Below are positions 1-7,800 of a DNA stretch of 46,771 bases, piece by piece. A model generated the notes under the pieces. It ran no database searches, was not told where the DNA came from, and was given only the letters and a program-made list of their open reading frames with translations. The stretch's first letter is position 1; each line of letters begins with the position of its first letter. The stretch is taken from IMG/VR virus record IMGVR_UViG_3300027828_000007, positions 1 to 46,771 of that record, one strand, 5' to 3'. The DNA comes from a virus (Duplodnaviria > Caudoviricetes). The translations under genes and the position numbers were made by a program.

Positions 1-127
1 ACAAGCAAAGCGACAAAGCCAAGGAACCTTGCCCCTCGTTCGCGGACATACTTGGAATGCGCGACCAATTGAGACTTGTCATTCACTCGCGCAAAGAATG
101 GGTTAAGCTCATGGACATGGTACAAGC
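1..127. repeat. Terminal direct repeat, left copy (circular assembly overlap)
   Basis: 1-127 is identical to 46645-46771; 127 is a common assembler k-mer size. Confidence 0.95.
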
Positions 128-155
128 CCCAGGCACCACACTTCCGAAGGATTAG
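1..155 (+). CDS. 3' part of a 53-aa ORF spanning the circular junction (ATG at 46638; MADKQSDKAKEP...GTTLPKD)
   Basis: Open frame through the overlap, GAGGG SD before ATG 46638, TAG at 153-155 just before terS. Confidence 0.65.
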   Translation, partial: KQSDKAKEPCPSFADILGMRDQLRLVIHSRKEWVKLMDMVQAPGTTLPKD

Positions 156-160
156 GTTCA

Positions 161-649
161 ATGGCTGGCAGACCTCAAACGAATGGCAAGATGAAAGCTC
201 TCGAAGCAGAGCGTGACCAACTTCGCGAGGATAACAATAGACTGAGAGCCCTCCTAAGTTCACTCGATCCAAGTCTACTAGAATCCAAAGAAGGACCCCC
301 ACCTTTCGGACAAGTAACAGAAGATAACGCCAAAGACCTATCAAGGCGTGTCCTGGTAATGGCACAAGAGGGGATGATGGAAAACCAGTGGATAGCTACA
401 CTGGGAATGACAGAGGATGAATGGGAGGAAACGCTGATAGGTTTTCCCTCAGTCAGACACGCTGTCTCTCGTGCGCGCGTAAAGGTCAAAGCCAGACTTG
501 AGGCTATTACATCCCAAGCCCTTGATAATAAAGACAATCGCTTCGCCGCAGGGGCTATGAGAGAGCTTCAGAACCTCATACTTGCTAGCACTTCCAAGGG
601 GTCTGGCGCGTCCGGTGACGCCTCATCCCTGGTACGTGTGGACGCCTGA
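161..649 (+). CDS. Putative terminase small subunit
   Basis: MAGRP start, helical HTH-like segment (WIATLGMTEDEWEE..FPSVRHAVSRAR) resembling P22-type TerS; upstream of TerL. Confidence 0.55.
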   Translation: MAGRPQTNGKMKALEAERDQLREDNNRLRALLSSLDPSLLESKEGPPPFGQVTEDNAKDLSRRVLVMAQEGMMENQWIATLGMTEDEWEETLIGFPSVRHAVSRARVKVKARLEAITSQALDNKDNRFAAGAMRELQNLILASTSKGSGASGDASSLVRVDA

Positions 650-751
650 CAAGAACCGCAGAACTCTGCCACTTATTGCAACGCAATCACCCCATATCTC
701 GAATGGTTATACGCTGAAACAGGCTAAGTCCCTGTTATCATTGGCGTTAAC

Positions 752-779
752 ATTTCCCATAATGTGAATTATGAGTGCA
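752..779 (-). other. dif-like (XerC/XerD) recombination site
   Basis: Minus strand TGCACTCATAA-TTCACA-TTATGGGAAAT: 11-6-11 layout; right arm matches E. coli XerD arm TTATGTTAAAT at 9/11. Confidence 0.6.
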
Positions 780-906
780 TAGACCCCCACCCCCCTCCAT
801 ATCCTCAGCGAAGGGGCGGGGGTTAAAAAACGCGCGGGTTCGCAGTACGTATATCTATCCTCCCCCCAATTTTTTCTTGACCCCCTAACCAACATATGCA
901 CACTGA

Positions 907-1167
907 GTGTTACAGAAGTGCCCGGATAAGCGGGTCTGTATTACACAGGATGTGATTTTGGACGAATTTGAGCGTTATCTGGCTGAGTTGGGGTGGTCTC
1001 GCGGTGACCTGTGTACCCGGCTGGGGCTGCATCGGAACACGCCTGGTCGGTGGGGTGATAGTCCCCCGAAGTATGTGATGGCGTATTTGGCGATTGCTGT
1101 TGATATGAAGCGGGCTGGTGAGAGCCTTGTGTCTGGTGTGGCCCCGCAAGGAGGGAAGAAATGCTGA
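907..1167 (+). CDS. Small XRE/Cro-like HTH protein (start probably GTG 952 or TTG 958)
   Basis: FERYLAELGWSRGDLCTRLGLHRNTPGRW..PPKYV HTH pattern. Confidence 0.65.
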   Translation: MLQKCPDKRVCITQDVILDEFERYLAELGWSRGDLCTRLGLHRNTPGRWGDSPPKYVMAYLAIAVDMKRAGESLVSGVAPQGGKKC

Positions 1168-1613
1168 ACAGGTGTGAGAACTGCGATGTTGGTGGGGAGC
1201 AGGCGGTATTGTTGCGGCCCTGCACCCATGGGGACGACCTTGTCCATGCTCAGGTGACGGTTGAGAGTGGGGACCGTGATTTGTGGTTCTGTAGTTGGCG
1301 CTGCTACGGCGGGTGGCTTCGGCGGCGGCAGGGGTATTGCATTACGGGTCTTGGGATCAATTTTGACCGAGAGCACGAAGACCTGCCACGCAGGAAAATC
1401 AAGGGGGAGTTCAGATGGTTTTCCCTTATTGTCTGGGTGGGGAGCGGCCCTGAGTTCTGGGACGAGCGCATTTACCCCACGGTTGATGATATGACGGCTG
1501 ATGAGGTTGATGCAAAGATGCGGGACGTTATCGAGACTGGGGCAAAGGTGAACAACCCCTTCGGGGCATCGGCTCTCAAGAGGGATTACCATATTGCTGG
1601 GGAAGACCAATGA
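1161..1613 (+). CDS. Hypothetical protein with N-terminal Cys cluster (CxxC...FCSWRC)
   Basis: GGAGG SD, overlaps neighbours; TRASH/zinc-finger-like motif. Confidence 0.6.
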   Translation: MLNRCENCDVGGEQAVLLRPCTHGDDLVHAQVTVESGDRDLWFCSWRCYGGWLRRRQGYCITGLGINFDREHEDLPRRKIKGEFRWFSLIVWVGSGPEFWDERIYPTVDDMTADEVDAKMRDVIETGAKVNNPFGASALKRDYHIAGEDQ

Positions 1614-1885
1614 GAATCATCCTGACCCTTGCCCTTCTTTTCACCCTTACGGGGTGCGGGGATAGTGATAGACGCCCTGACGACCCTGACCCATCGGGCA
1701 GCCTACAATATGTGGCCAAGGCCCGCCACGGCTGGTTCTACCAAGACATTGCGACGGGGTGCCTCTGGGGGGTGTACCGCGATGACGGGAATAGCTTGCA
1801 CTGGACCCCTATCGCCTGCCCTTCCGATGTCGGGTATCAGAGGATTATCACCGATGTTCGGGCTAATGCTGATAGGCTGAACTAG
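1610..1885 (+). CDS. Putative lipoprotein
   Basis: Signal peptide with lipobox LTGC; ATGA coupling to upstream gene. Confidence 0.7.
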   Translation: MRIILTLALLFTLTGCGDSDRRPDDPDPSGSLQYVAKARHGWFYQDIATGCLWGVYRDDGNSLHWTPIACPSDVGYQRIITDVRANADRLN

Positions 1886-1909
1886 AGGAAATACGGAAGG
1901 AGATGGGCA

Positions 1910-2176
1910 GTGCCACTGAGTGATGAAGGCCAGTTTGCCGATGCGGCGAAAGACCCGCTCAAGCTGATCGGTGAAATCAAGGAGGACATCCCGCACAACT
2001 GGAGGGTTCTCGTGTCAAACATGGACGCGGTGTGGCCACAGATTTTTCACGGTGACACTGTTGCGACACAGCGAGCACTCCATGAGGTCCTGAATTATTT
2101 CCAATTGCTGACGCATCAAGTTGAGCAGTTGGCAAATTTAGCCGAAGTGCAGGTACGGAAGGAGATGGCGGAATGA
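1910..2176 (+). CDS. Hypothetical protein
   Basis: AAGGAG SD before GTG; coupled to next gene. Confidence 0.6.
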   Translation: MPLSDEGQFADAAKDPLKLIGEIKEDIPHNWRVLVSNMDAVWPQIFHGDTVATQRALHEVLNYFQLLTHQVEQLANLAEVQVRKEMAE

Positions 2177-2373
2177 GTGAGCAAATGCCAAAGCTTGCGA
2201 TGAGCGAAGCCCCCAAGGATGGTTCGTGGTTTTTGGTGACACGGATGGATGGTTCAACCTTTTCCGTCCGGCGCGGAGAGACCTTCATGGAAGCGACGTG
2301 CTGTCTTTCCCGTGTGGCCCTGCCAACGTGCCGATCTTGGTCACCCCAACCCAAGGACCCGTCCAATGAGTGA
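2173..2373 (+). CDS. DUF551-like small protein
   Basis: MSEAPKDGSWFLV N-terminus typical of the family. Confidence 0.5.
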   Translation: MSEQMPKLAMSEAPKDGSWFLVTRMDGSTFSVRRGETFMEATCCLSRVALPTCRSWSPQPKDPSNE

Positions 2374-2403
2374 GGAACTCCCCCAACCACCAGAGGAAGC
2401 GGA

Positions 2404-2583
2404 ATGATGAAAGATAAATTCCACCCTGAAAATGCGCCACAGATGTTCTCGACAATCGAGCGCGTTGCAGCGCGTCTTGGTGTGAAACCAGACGCGAAAG
2501 GCGAATATGAGCTATTCGAGATAATGGAGGCGTTTCTTGACCGCCTTGATTCCGGTTTCCAACCACCAGAGGAAAGCAAATGA
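2404..2583 (+). CDS. 59-aa hypothetical protein (not in ORF track)
   Basis: MMKDKFHPENAPQ...FQPPEESK; GAGG SD; ATGA overlaps on both sides. Confidence 0.6.
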   Translation: MMKDKFHPENAPQMFSTIERVAARLGVKPDAKGEYELFEIMEAFLDRLDSGFQPPEESK

Positions 2584-2732
2584 CTGAAGAAAACGGAGAA
2601 GAACTGCCCCCCAAGGAAAAGACCCCAGAACAGGCGCTCAAGGATGTTGCCAGTGGTGGCGTCAAATCCAAGGCCGAGCGCCAGGAGAAACTGCGTGAGG
2701 CAACGAACAAGCTCAAGGGGAAGTTCGGCTAA
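2580..2732 (+). CDS. 50-aa hypothetical protein (not in ORF track)
   Basis: MTEENGEELPPKEK...KGKFG; GAGG SD; ATGA coupling. Confidence 0.55.
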   Translation: MTEENGEELPPKEKTPEQALKDVASGGVKSKAERQEKLREATNKLKGKFG

Positions 2733-2742
2733 CAGATTGATA

Positions 2743-2816
2743 GGGGCCAGACTAACTCCGGAGGGCGCGGTTGGCGTCCGAGCATACCAAGCACCGCTGC
2801 CGCTTTCTGGCCCACC
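2743..2816 (+). ncRNA. Candidate tRNA-like/C4-like antisense RNA 1
   Basis: 8-bp closing stem GGGCCAGA/TCTGGCCC followed by ACC; two inner hairpins; loop regions complementary to 2842-2849 and 2852-2859. Confidence 0.5.
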
Positions 2817-2865
2817 TCTGCGGAGGCCCATCAAGGAGCCAAGTGGTGCAACCAACCGCTTATCA

Positions 2866-2900
2866 GGTGCGTTATGTGTCAGCATAACATCGCCCAATAT
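2866..2900 (+). promoter_or_regulatory. Phage late-promoter motif GGTGCGTT-N21-CAATAT
   Basis: Same motif and spacing at 3269, 11232 and 20260. Confidence 0.6.
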
Positions 2901-2953
2901 CGACGGGTCGGCTGTGATGGTCGGCGCAGATTGAACGAACGAAGGAATGAACG

Positions 2954-3265
2954 ATGTTTACTGTGAAAGTGTTTAGCGACGGTGTAGCCTGCCCGAGCGG
3001 GATTTACGAAGCTGAAGCCGTCTTCCCTAAATCAAACAACACATCAGGCAGTGTCGATGAGATTGAGATTGAGCGTCCATACCCTCAGTCTCGTGTCATC
3101 GTGTGGCTCGGCCCAAAGAGTTTTGGCGATAACGATGCGCCGAGCAGCCAGAGGGTGACGGTTGAAAACTCAGCTGGAAAGCGTGTCGAGGATTTTCAGT
3201 ACGCTGGGCATGTGTCACTCACACCTCCAGCGGCGGGGAAAATTTGTGGGACTACAGCGCCCTAG
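2954..3265 (+). CDS. Hypothetical protein
   Basis: GAAGGA SD; downstream of the late-promoter motif. Confidence 0.65.
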   Translation: MFTVKVFSDGVACPSGIYEAEAVFPKSNNTSGSVDEIEIERPYPQSRVIVWLGPKSFGDNDAPSSQRVTVENSAGKRVEDFQYAGHVSLTPPAAGKICGTTAP

Positions 3266-3268
3266 AGC

Positions 3269-3303
3269 GGTGCGTTATGAGCCGTGCGGGCGGGGAACAT
3301 TCT
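3269..3303 (+). promoter_or_regulatory. Phage late promoter GGTGCGTT-N21-CATTCT, 7 nt before terL ATG
   Basis: Conserved motif and spacing; no SD before ATG 3311. Confidence 0.7.
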
Positions 3304-3310
3304 CCACCCC

Positions 3311-4873
3311 ATGGCCAATGTCATCCACTTCAAAGGTAATGAGCAACACCCCCACGGGTCCCCGACCCTGTTGGCGTTCCTGCGTGACACCACCTCTGAC
3401 GTAAAACTGATTCAAGGCCCCGTTGAATCCGGCAAGTCCGGTGCATGCATGGCCCAAATCTACATCTGGATGTGCCAGATGCCGCGCTCCCTCGACGGGA
3501 TACGCCGCTCGCGCTTCTTGATTGTGCGCCCCACCTATGGCGAACTGCTCACCTCCGTTATTCGTGACTTCCTCGAATGGTTCCCCGAGGAGCAATACGG
3601 CAAGTTCAAGTCCACGGAACCATATTCGTACAAAATGAAGTTCCTCGACGTGGAGTGCACGGTTGACTTTGTGTCCTACGCCGACACTCAGCCCGACACC
3701 CTCAAGAAACTGCGCTCAACCCAATATACCGCCGCCTGGGTCAACGAAGGGCAATTCACCCCTCTGAAGCTCTTTACGGAAATTATTCGACGCACAGGCC
3801 GCTATCCGTCGAAGAAGATGTGCCCCGATTATGACCGCCGTAAACGGGCCGTCCTTGATAACAACGCGCCTCTGACCCACGACCACTGGATTCTCTACAT
3901 GCGGGGAGACACACCCATCCCCGACGACATCCCCGAAGATCAGCGCATGGCCTACGACAAGCCGGACAACTGGGAGTTCTTCGTCCAGCCCCCGGCCCTG
4001 CTCGAAGTGCGGAACGAGAAAGGGGAAATCGTTGATTACAAATTGAACCCCGATGCCGAAAACCTACAGAACATGGGGGAAAAGCCGTATTCCGAATGGG
4101 GCGGCATGACGCGGGACGAAATCGACCGCGACTTCCGCAACATTACGCGAGAAAACAAGGGCAACGCCGCACGTTATCCCAACTTCATCCGTGAAATCCA
4201 TGTGGCGAAACGGGAACTGACGCCCTACGAGGGGGCACCCATCGAGATTGGTGTTGACCCCGGACAGAACCCCGGCTTCACCATGGGGCAGAAGGTGGAC
4301 GGAAGGATATATTTCCTCCATGCCGAGGAACTTATGAACGTCGAGGCCGTGGATTTGGCCGATAGGATCAAGGCCATACTCAACAAACGCTTTCGTTTCT
4401 ACAAGGATACGGGCCTCGTCATCACTGGCGACCCTGCGGGCGGCTGGGGGCAGCTCAATACACGGACCACCACCAAACAGATATTCGCGGCTGCTGGCCT
4501 TCCGTATGAATTTCAATCCAGAAAAGACAACCCCGACCTTCGCTGGTCAACGGGCCGCTCAATCCTCAATCAGATGGTGAACGGCGAACCCAAACTTCTT
4601 CTATGCCCGGTTAATTGCCGCCAGCTTATCGCCGCATGGGACGGTGGGATGCAGATGAAGGACGGCAAGCTCGACAAGAAAAGCCTCAATGCCAACGTTG
4701 GTGAATCAGCCGAATACCTCCTGTGGGGCATGGGCGAGGCAAAGGATGTCGTGAAGCGTCCCGAAGGATCGACACCGAAGGGTCCGTTCAAGACAGCGGA
4801 GGGAAGTGGAAACGTCTTCTACCTACCGCATCGCAACAAACGAAGAAAAGAAGGGCTGTTCAAGACAGCATAG
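3311..4873 (+). CDS. terL: Terminase large subunit
   Basis: Walker A GPVESGKS, Walker B AAWVNE, C-terminal RNase H-like GVDPG...GDPAG nuclease domain. Confidence 0.92.
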   Translation: MANVIHFKGNEQHPHGSPTLLAFLRDTTSDVKLIQGPVESGKSGACMAQIYIWMCQMPRSLDGIRRSRFLIVRPTYGELLTSVIRDFLEWFPEEQYGKFKSTEPYSYKMKFLDVECTVDFVSYADTQPDTLKKLRSTQYTAAWVNEGQFTPLKLFTEIIRRTGRYPSKKMCPDYDRRKRAVLDNNAPLTHDHWILYMRGDTPIPDDIPEDQRMAYDKPDNWEFFVQPPALLEVRNEKGEIVDYKLNPDAENLQNMGEKPYSEWGGMTRDEIDRDFRNITRENKGNAARYPNFIREIHVAKRELTPYEGAPIEIGVDPGQNPGFTMGQKVDGRIYFLHAEELMNVEAVDLADRIKAILNKRFRFYKDTGLVITGDPAGGWGQLNTRTTTKQIFAAAGLPYEFQSRKDNPDLRWSTGRSILNQMVNGEPKLLLCPVNCRQLIAAWDGGMQMKDGKLDKKSLNANVGESAEYLLWGMGEAKDVVKRPEGSTPKGPFKTAEGSGNVFYLPHRNKRRKEGLFKTA

Positions 4874-4881
4874 GTGAGAAA

Positions 4882-5163
4882 ATGGGCGCTTCCCTTGTCC
4901 CCAATCCGATCAGTCTTGGTTTCAGGGCGTTAACGTTCGGTCTGAACAATATCGAGAACGCGCGGCTCAACCAGCCGGGCTTCCCGAAGGGCGCGGAACC
5001 GAAACCGGATCAGGCCAATCTTTTGCAAGAGGGCGGGGCAACTGCACCTCCCGGCCTTGGCTCGCGTATGCCCAGCATCTACAGCCAGATTGGTGGCGGG
5101 AAGGTCAGGACACCAGACCCCGGTCCTGGTGGCAGGGGTGGATCACCGGGGGGCAGGAAATGA
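4882..5163 (+). CDS. Small Gly/Pro-rich protein, possibly virion-associated
   Basis: AGGTGA SD before ATG 4882; between terL and portal. Confidence 0.55.
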   Translation: MGASLVPNPISLGFRALTFGLNNIENARLNQPGFPKGAEPKPDQANLLQEGGATAPPGLGSRMPSIYSQIGGGKVRTPDPGPGGRGGSPGGRK

Positions 5164-5666
5164 TCGAGACGGACGCAAATCCTGTAGGGGTCATCCCTGT
5201 TTGGCATGTGGTGTTTCGGGATAGCGAACTCAGAACCTTCTGGAATCTGTTTACCATCCCCGGCTATCGCCATGTTGCGGCGTATGGGTATTCAGCGGCT
5301 AATGATGTGTGGATTGTCGTTGACCCCGGCCTGACGACAATGGCCGTTCAGGTTCTTTCCCAGAATGAATTGACTCACTGGGTCGGGCAACATGCGCCGC
5401 GCACCTCTGCAATCCTCCGAATGAAATCCGATGTCAGCGCGCACTTCACGTCACGCTTCGGTCATTCGTGTGTATTCGCCGTCAAACAACTCCTTGGCCT
5501 GCCATCCGGTGCGTTCACCCCGCAAGGTCTTTTCCGTGAGATGCGCAAGCATGGAGCCGAGGATGTGTTTCTCGGCAGACTACCAAAACGAAAGCTCTTT
5601 TCATGGTTGATCTCTCTCCTTCAGCGCCTCCGGCGGAATCAAAGTCCGAAAAGGAAGCCCGCCTGA
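5160..5666 (+). CDS. Putative permuted papain/NlpC-P60-like hydrolase
   Basis: YRHV...WIVVDP...SCVFAVKQLLG...TPQGL: His precedes Cys. Confidence 0.5.
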   Translation: MIETDANPVGVIPVWHVVFRDSELRTFWNLFTIPGYRHVAAYGYSAANDVWIVVDPGLTTMAVQVLSQNELTHWVGQHAPRTSAILRMKSDVSAHFTSRFGHSCVFAVKQLLGLPSGAFTPQGLFREMRKHGAEDVFLGRLPKRKLFSWLISLLQRLRRNQSPKRKPA

Positions 5667-5926
5667 GAGCAGAGGCGCAGGCGAATGCCCGCAATACCAA
5701 AGCCCTTCAAGGTGATCTGCGCGCCCAAACCCGCGAGTTCATGCGGCGCTTCGGCCTGAACGCCGCTCTTGGGCAAGCAGGAAGCCCTGTGGCTGGTGTC
5801 GGCTTCGGTCAATCCACTGGCGGGATAGGTGGTGGTACAACGCCAGCAGGGGGCCTTGGTGGCTCTGGTGCCGGAGGTGGAACGACAGGGATTGGGAGCG
5901 GCTACGTCAGCAACGTGGCGCAATAA
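5603..5926 (+). CDS. Small Gly-rich protein preceding portal
   Basis: Position and composition typical of T7 gp7.3-like assembly/virion proteins. Confidence 0.55.
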   Translation: MVDLSPSAPPAESKSEKEARLRAEAQANARNTKALQGDLRAQTREFMRRFGLNAALGQAGSPVAGVGFGQSTGGIGGGTTPAGGLGGSGAGGGTTGIGSGYVSNVAQ

Positions 5927-5932
5927 CCGCCC

Positions 5933-7483
5933 ATGGACATGACCGACAAGGAAAAGCGGGAACACGAAACGCGGATTAACGAGCAGATCAGCAAGGCTCG
6001 GGAATCCCGCACCCGCTTCCAGACGAGATACAACGCCTACTACGACCTGACAGCGCCGACGAAAAAGCGCGTCGGGAACGATACATCTGACCCGCGTCCC
6101 GCCGACGATCAAGACGACATATTCGACGCGACCTTCGAGGAAGTGTCCGAAAACTTCGCCGCCGACATGCTGGATGAGTTTACCCCCAGCTACCGCCCAT
6201 GGACGAAGCACGAGCCCGTTGGCGGTGTCGCCTCCGTCGCCATGACGAAGAAAATCAAGGAATACATCACGGGCCGTATGGAATACCTGTACGACCAGAT
6301 ACGTCAGTCTTCCTTCGAGGAAGCGGTGCAGGAATGTTATCACGACATGGCCATCGGCCCTGCCGCCCTGATGATCCGCTATTCCCAATCTGGTCCCATC
6401 GACTGTGAATATGTGCCCTTGGCCGAACTCCTTATCCTGCCCGGTCCCCGTGGCGGTATCGGATGGAGAGCATGGGAACGCTATCCCCTTGAGAAAGACC
6501 TGTCCGTCATCTGGCCTGACCTTGATTGGCCGAAGATTCTGGGCAAAGACCCGACCCAACTCCGCAAATCAAATAGCCGCATCAAAATCACGGAATGCTT
6601 TGACCGTGATTACACGAACGATGTTGAGGCATGGGAATACTATCTACTCGTCAAGGGGAAGATCGAAAACGCTGGCTATCAGCAAGGCCCCGGTTCGTGC
6701 CCGCTTCAGGTGGGCCGCATCCGCGTCTCTGTTCCTTCCGCGTATGGTCTAGGTCCTGCCTCAAAAGCAGTCCCCGCAGCGAGAACGCTCAACCGTCTCG
6801 CTTATCTGGAACTGAAACGTCTCGGCAAGGTGGTCGATCCTCCGGGTATTTTTGAAGACCCCGATGGCATCTTCAATCCCGACGAGGGATTTGAGCCGGG
6901 GTATATGTATCAGGCTGGCGAGGGCTTCAAGTTTCACGACATGGCCCCGCAGAACGATATTCGCGAGGGCTTCTTCAAGCGTGAAGAACTGGAGATGGCC
7001 ATCCGTCGAGCCATGTTCCAGGACAAGCCGTTCCAGCGGGGGCTCACCCCTCCGTCCGCTACCCAATGGATAGATGAATCTACGGATCGCGAGAAACGCA
7101 AGGCGCTGCCCCGTGCCCGCGTCCACCGCGAATGGGTGCTGCCCATCCTGAGGCGCTTCGAGTGGGTGCTTGAAATGCGGGGTGAACTGGAAGAACTCCA
7201 GATTGACGGCAAGGCCATCAAGATCGAGCCCGTCTCTCCCTTGTCCAGAGCCTCCGACACGCAATCAGCGCAAGTCTCCATACAAGCCCTTACGGCGATG
7301 GCAGGCGTTTTCCCGCAATTCACAATGGCCGTGGAGATGGTGGAGACAGCACAGAACATCACCAGCAAACTGGGAGATGAAAATATCAAATTCGCAGACG
7401 GCGACCAGGTTCAGCAAATGCTCATGCAGGCTCTTACTCAGGGCCAAGGCGCTGGCGCTCCAGCGGGGGCTCCGACCCAATGA
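5933..7483 (+). CDS. Portal (head-tail connector), T7/BPP-1 type
   Basis: 516 aa; YGLGPA, PPSATQW, IEPVSPLSRA motifs; synteny. Confidence 0.88.
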   Translation: MDMTDKEKREHETRINEQISKARESRTRFQTRYNAYYDLTAPTKKRVGNDTSDPRPADDQDDIFDATFEEVSENFAADMLDEFTPSYRPWTKHEPVGGVASVAMTKKIKEYITGRMEYLYDQIRQSSFEEAVQECYHDMAIGPAALMIRYSQSGPIDCEYVPLAELLILPGPRGGIGWRAWERYPLEKDLSVIWPDLDWPKILGKDPTQLRKSNSRIKITECFDRDYTNDVEAWEYYLLVKGKIENAGYQQGPGSCPLQVGRIRVSVPSAYGLGPASKAVPAARTLNRLAYLELKRLGKVVDPPGIFEDPDGIFNPDEGFEPGYMYQAGEGFKFHDMAPQNDIREGFFKREELEMAIRRAMFQDKPFQRGLTPPSATQWIDESTDREKRKALPRARVHREWVLPILRRFEWVLEMRGELEELQIDGKAIKIEPVSPLSRASDTQSAQVSIQALTAMAGVFPQFTMAVEMVETAQNITSKLGDENIKFADGDQVQQMLMQALTQGQGAGAPAGAPTQ

Positions 7484-7800
7484 CCAAGACAATGAAGTGG
7501 GATGACTTCGATGTTATCCGCGAGGATGACGTTACGGTCGAGTCCGTATTCACCGATGAAATCAACAAGGCCCTAGAGCGCATAGGGTCCGGCCCGGACG
7601 GGGACCATCTCAAGCAATTCCTTATGAAGACCATGACCCGGGGTGCCGCCCCCGGCGCAAGTCCGGTGCGTTTGAGCGAACTCGAAGGTGAGCGACGGTT
7701 CGCCAGATTGTTGTTCAACCGATTAAGCGGAACAAAACATGGCGCTCGAAACCGCACCAGCGGAAAACGAAGTGGAAGCAACGGCGGAAACGCCGAGTGA
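7480..7800 (+). CDS. Bbp19-like small protein
   Basis: SGPDGDHLKQFL...ELEGERR pattern; between portal and scaffold. Confidence 0.6.
   Translation: MTKTMKWDDFDVIREDDVTVESVFTDEINKALERIGSGPDGDHLKQFLMKTMTRGAAPGASPVRLSELEGERRFARLLFNRLSGTKHGARNRTSGKRSGSNGGNAE

Noticed and set aside
2743-2816. Canonical tRNA genes here or at 41952
   Set aside because: No TTCGA T-loop, D-arm or anticodon arm; only the closing stem and ACC end are tRNA-like
5508-5542. GGTGCGTT copy as a late promoter
   Set aside because: Hexamer at +29 (TGAGAT) lacks the conserved A2, and the site is inside a CDS
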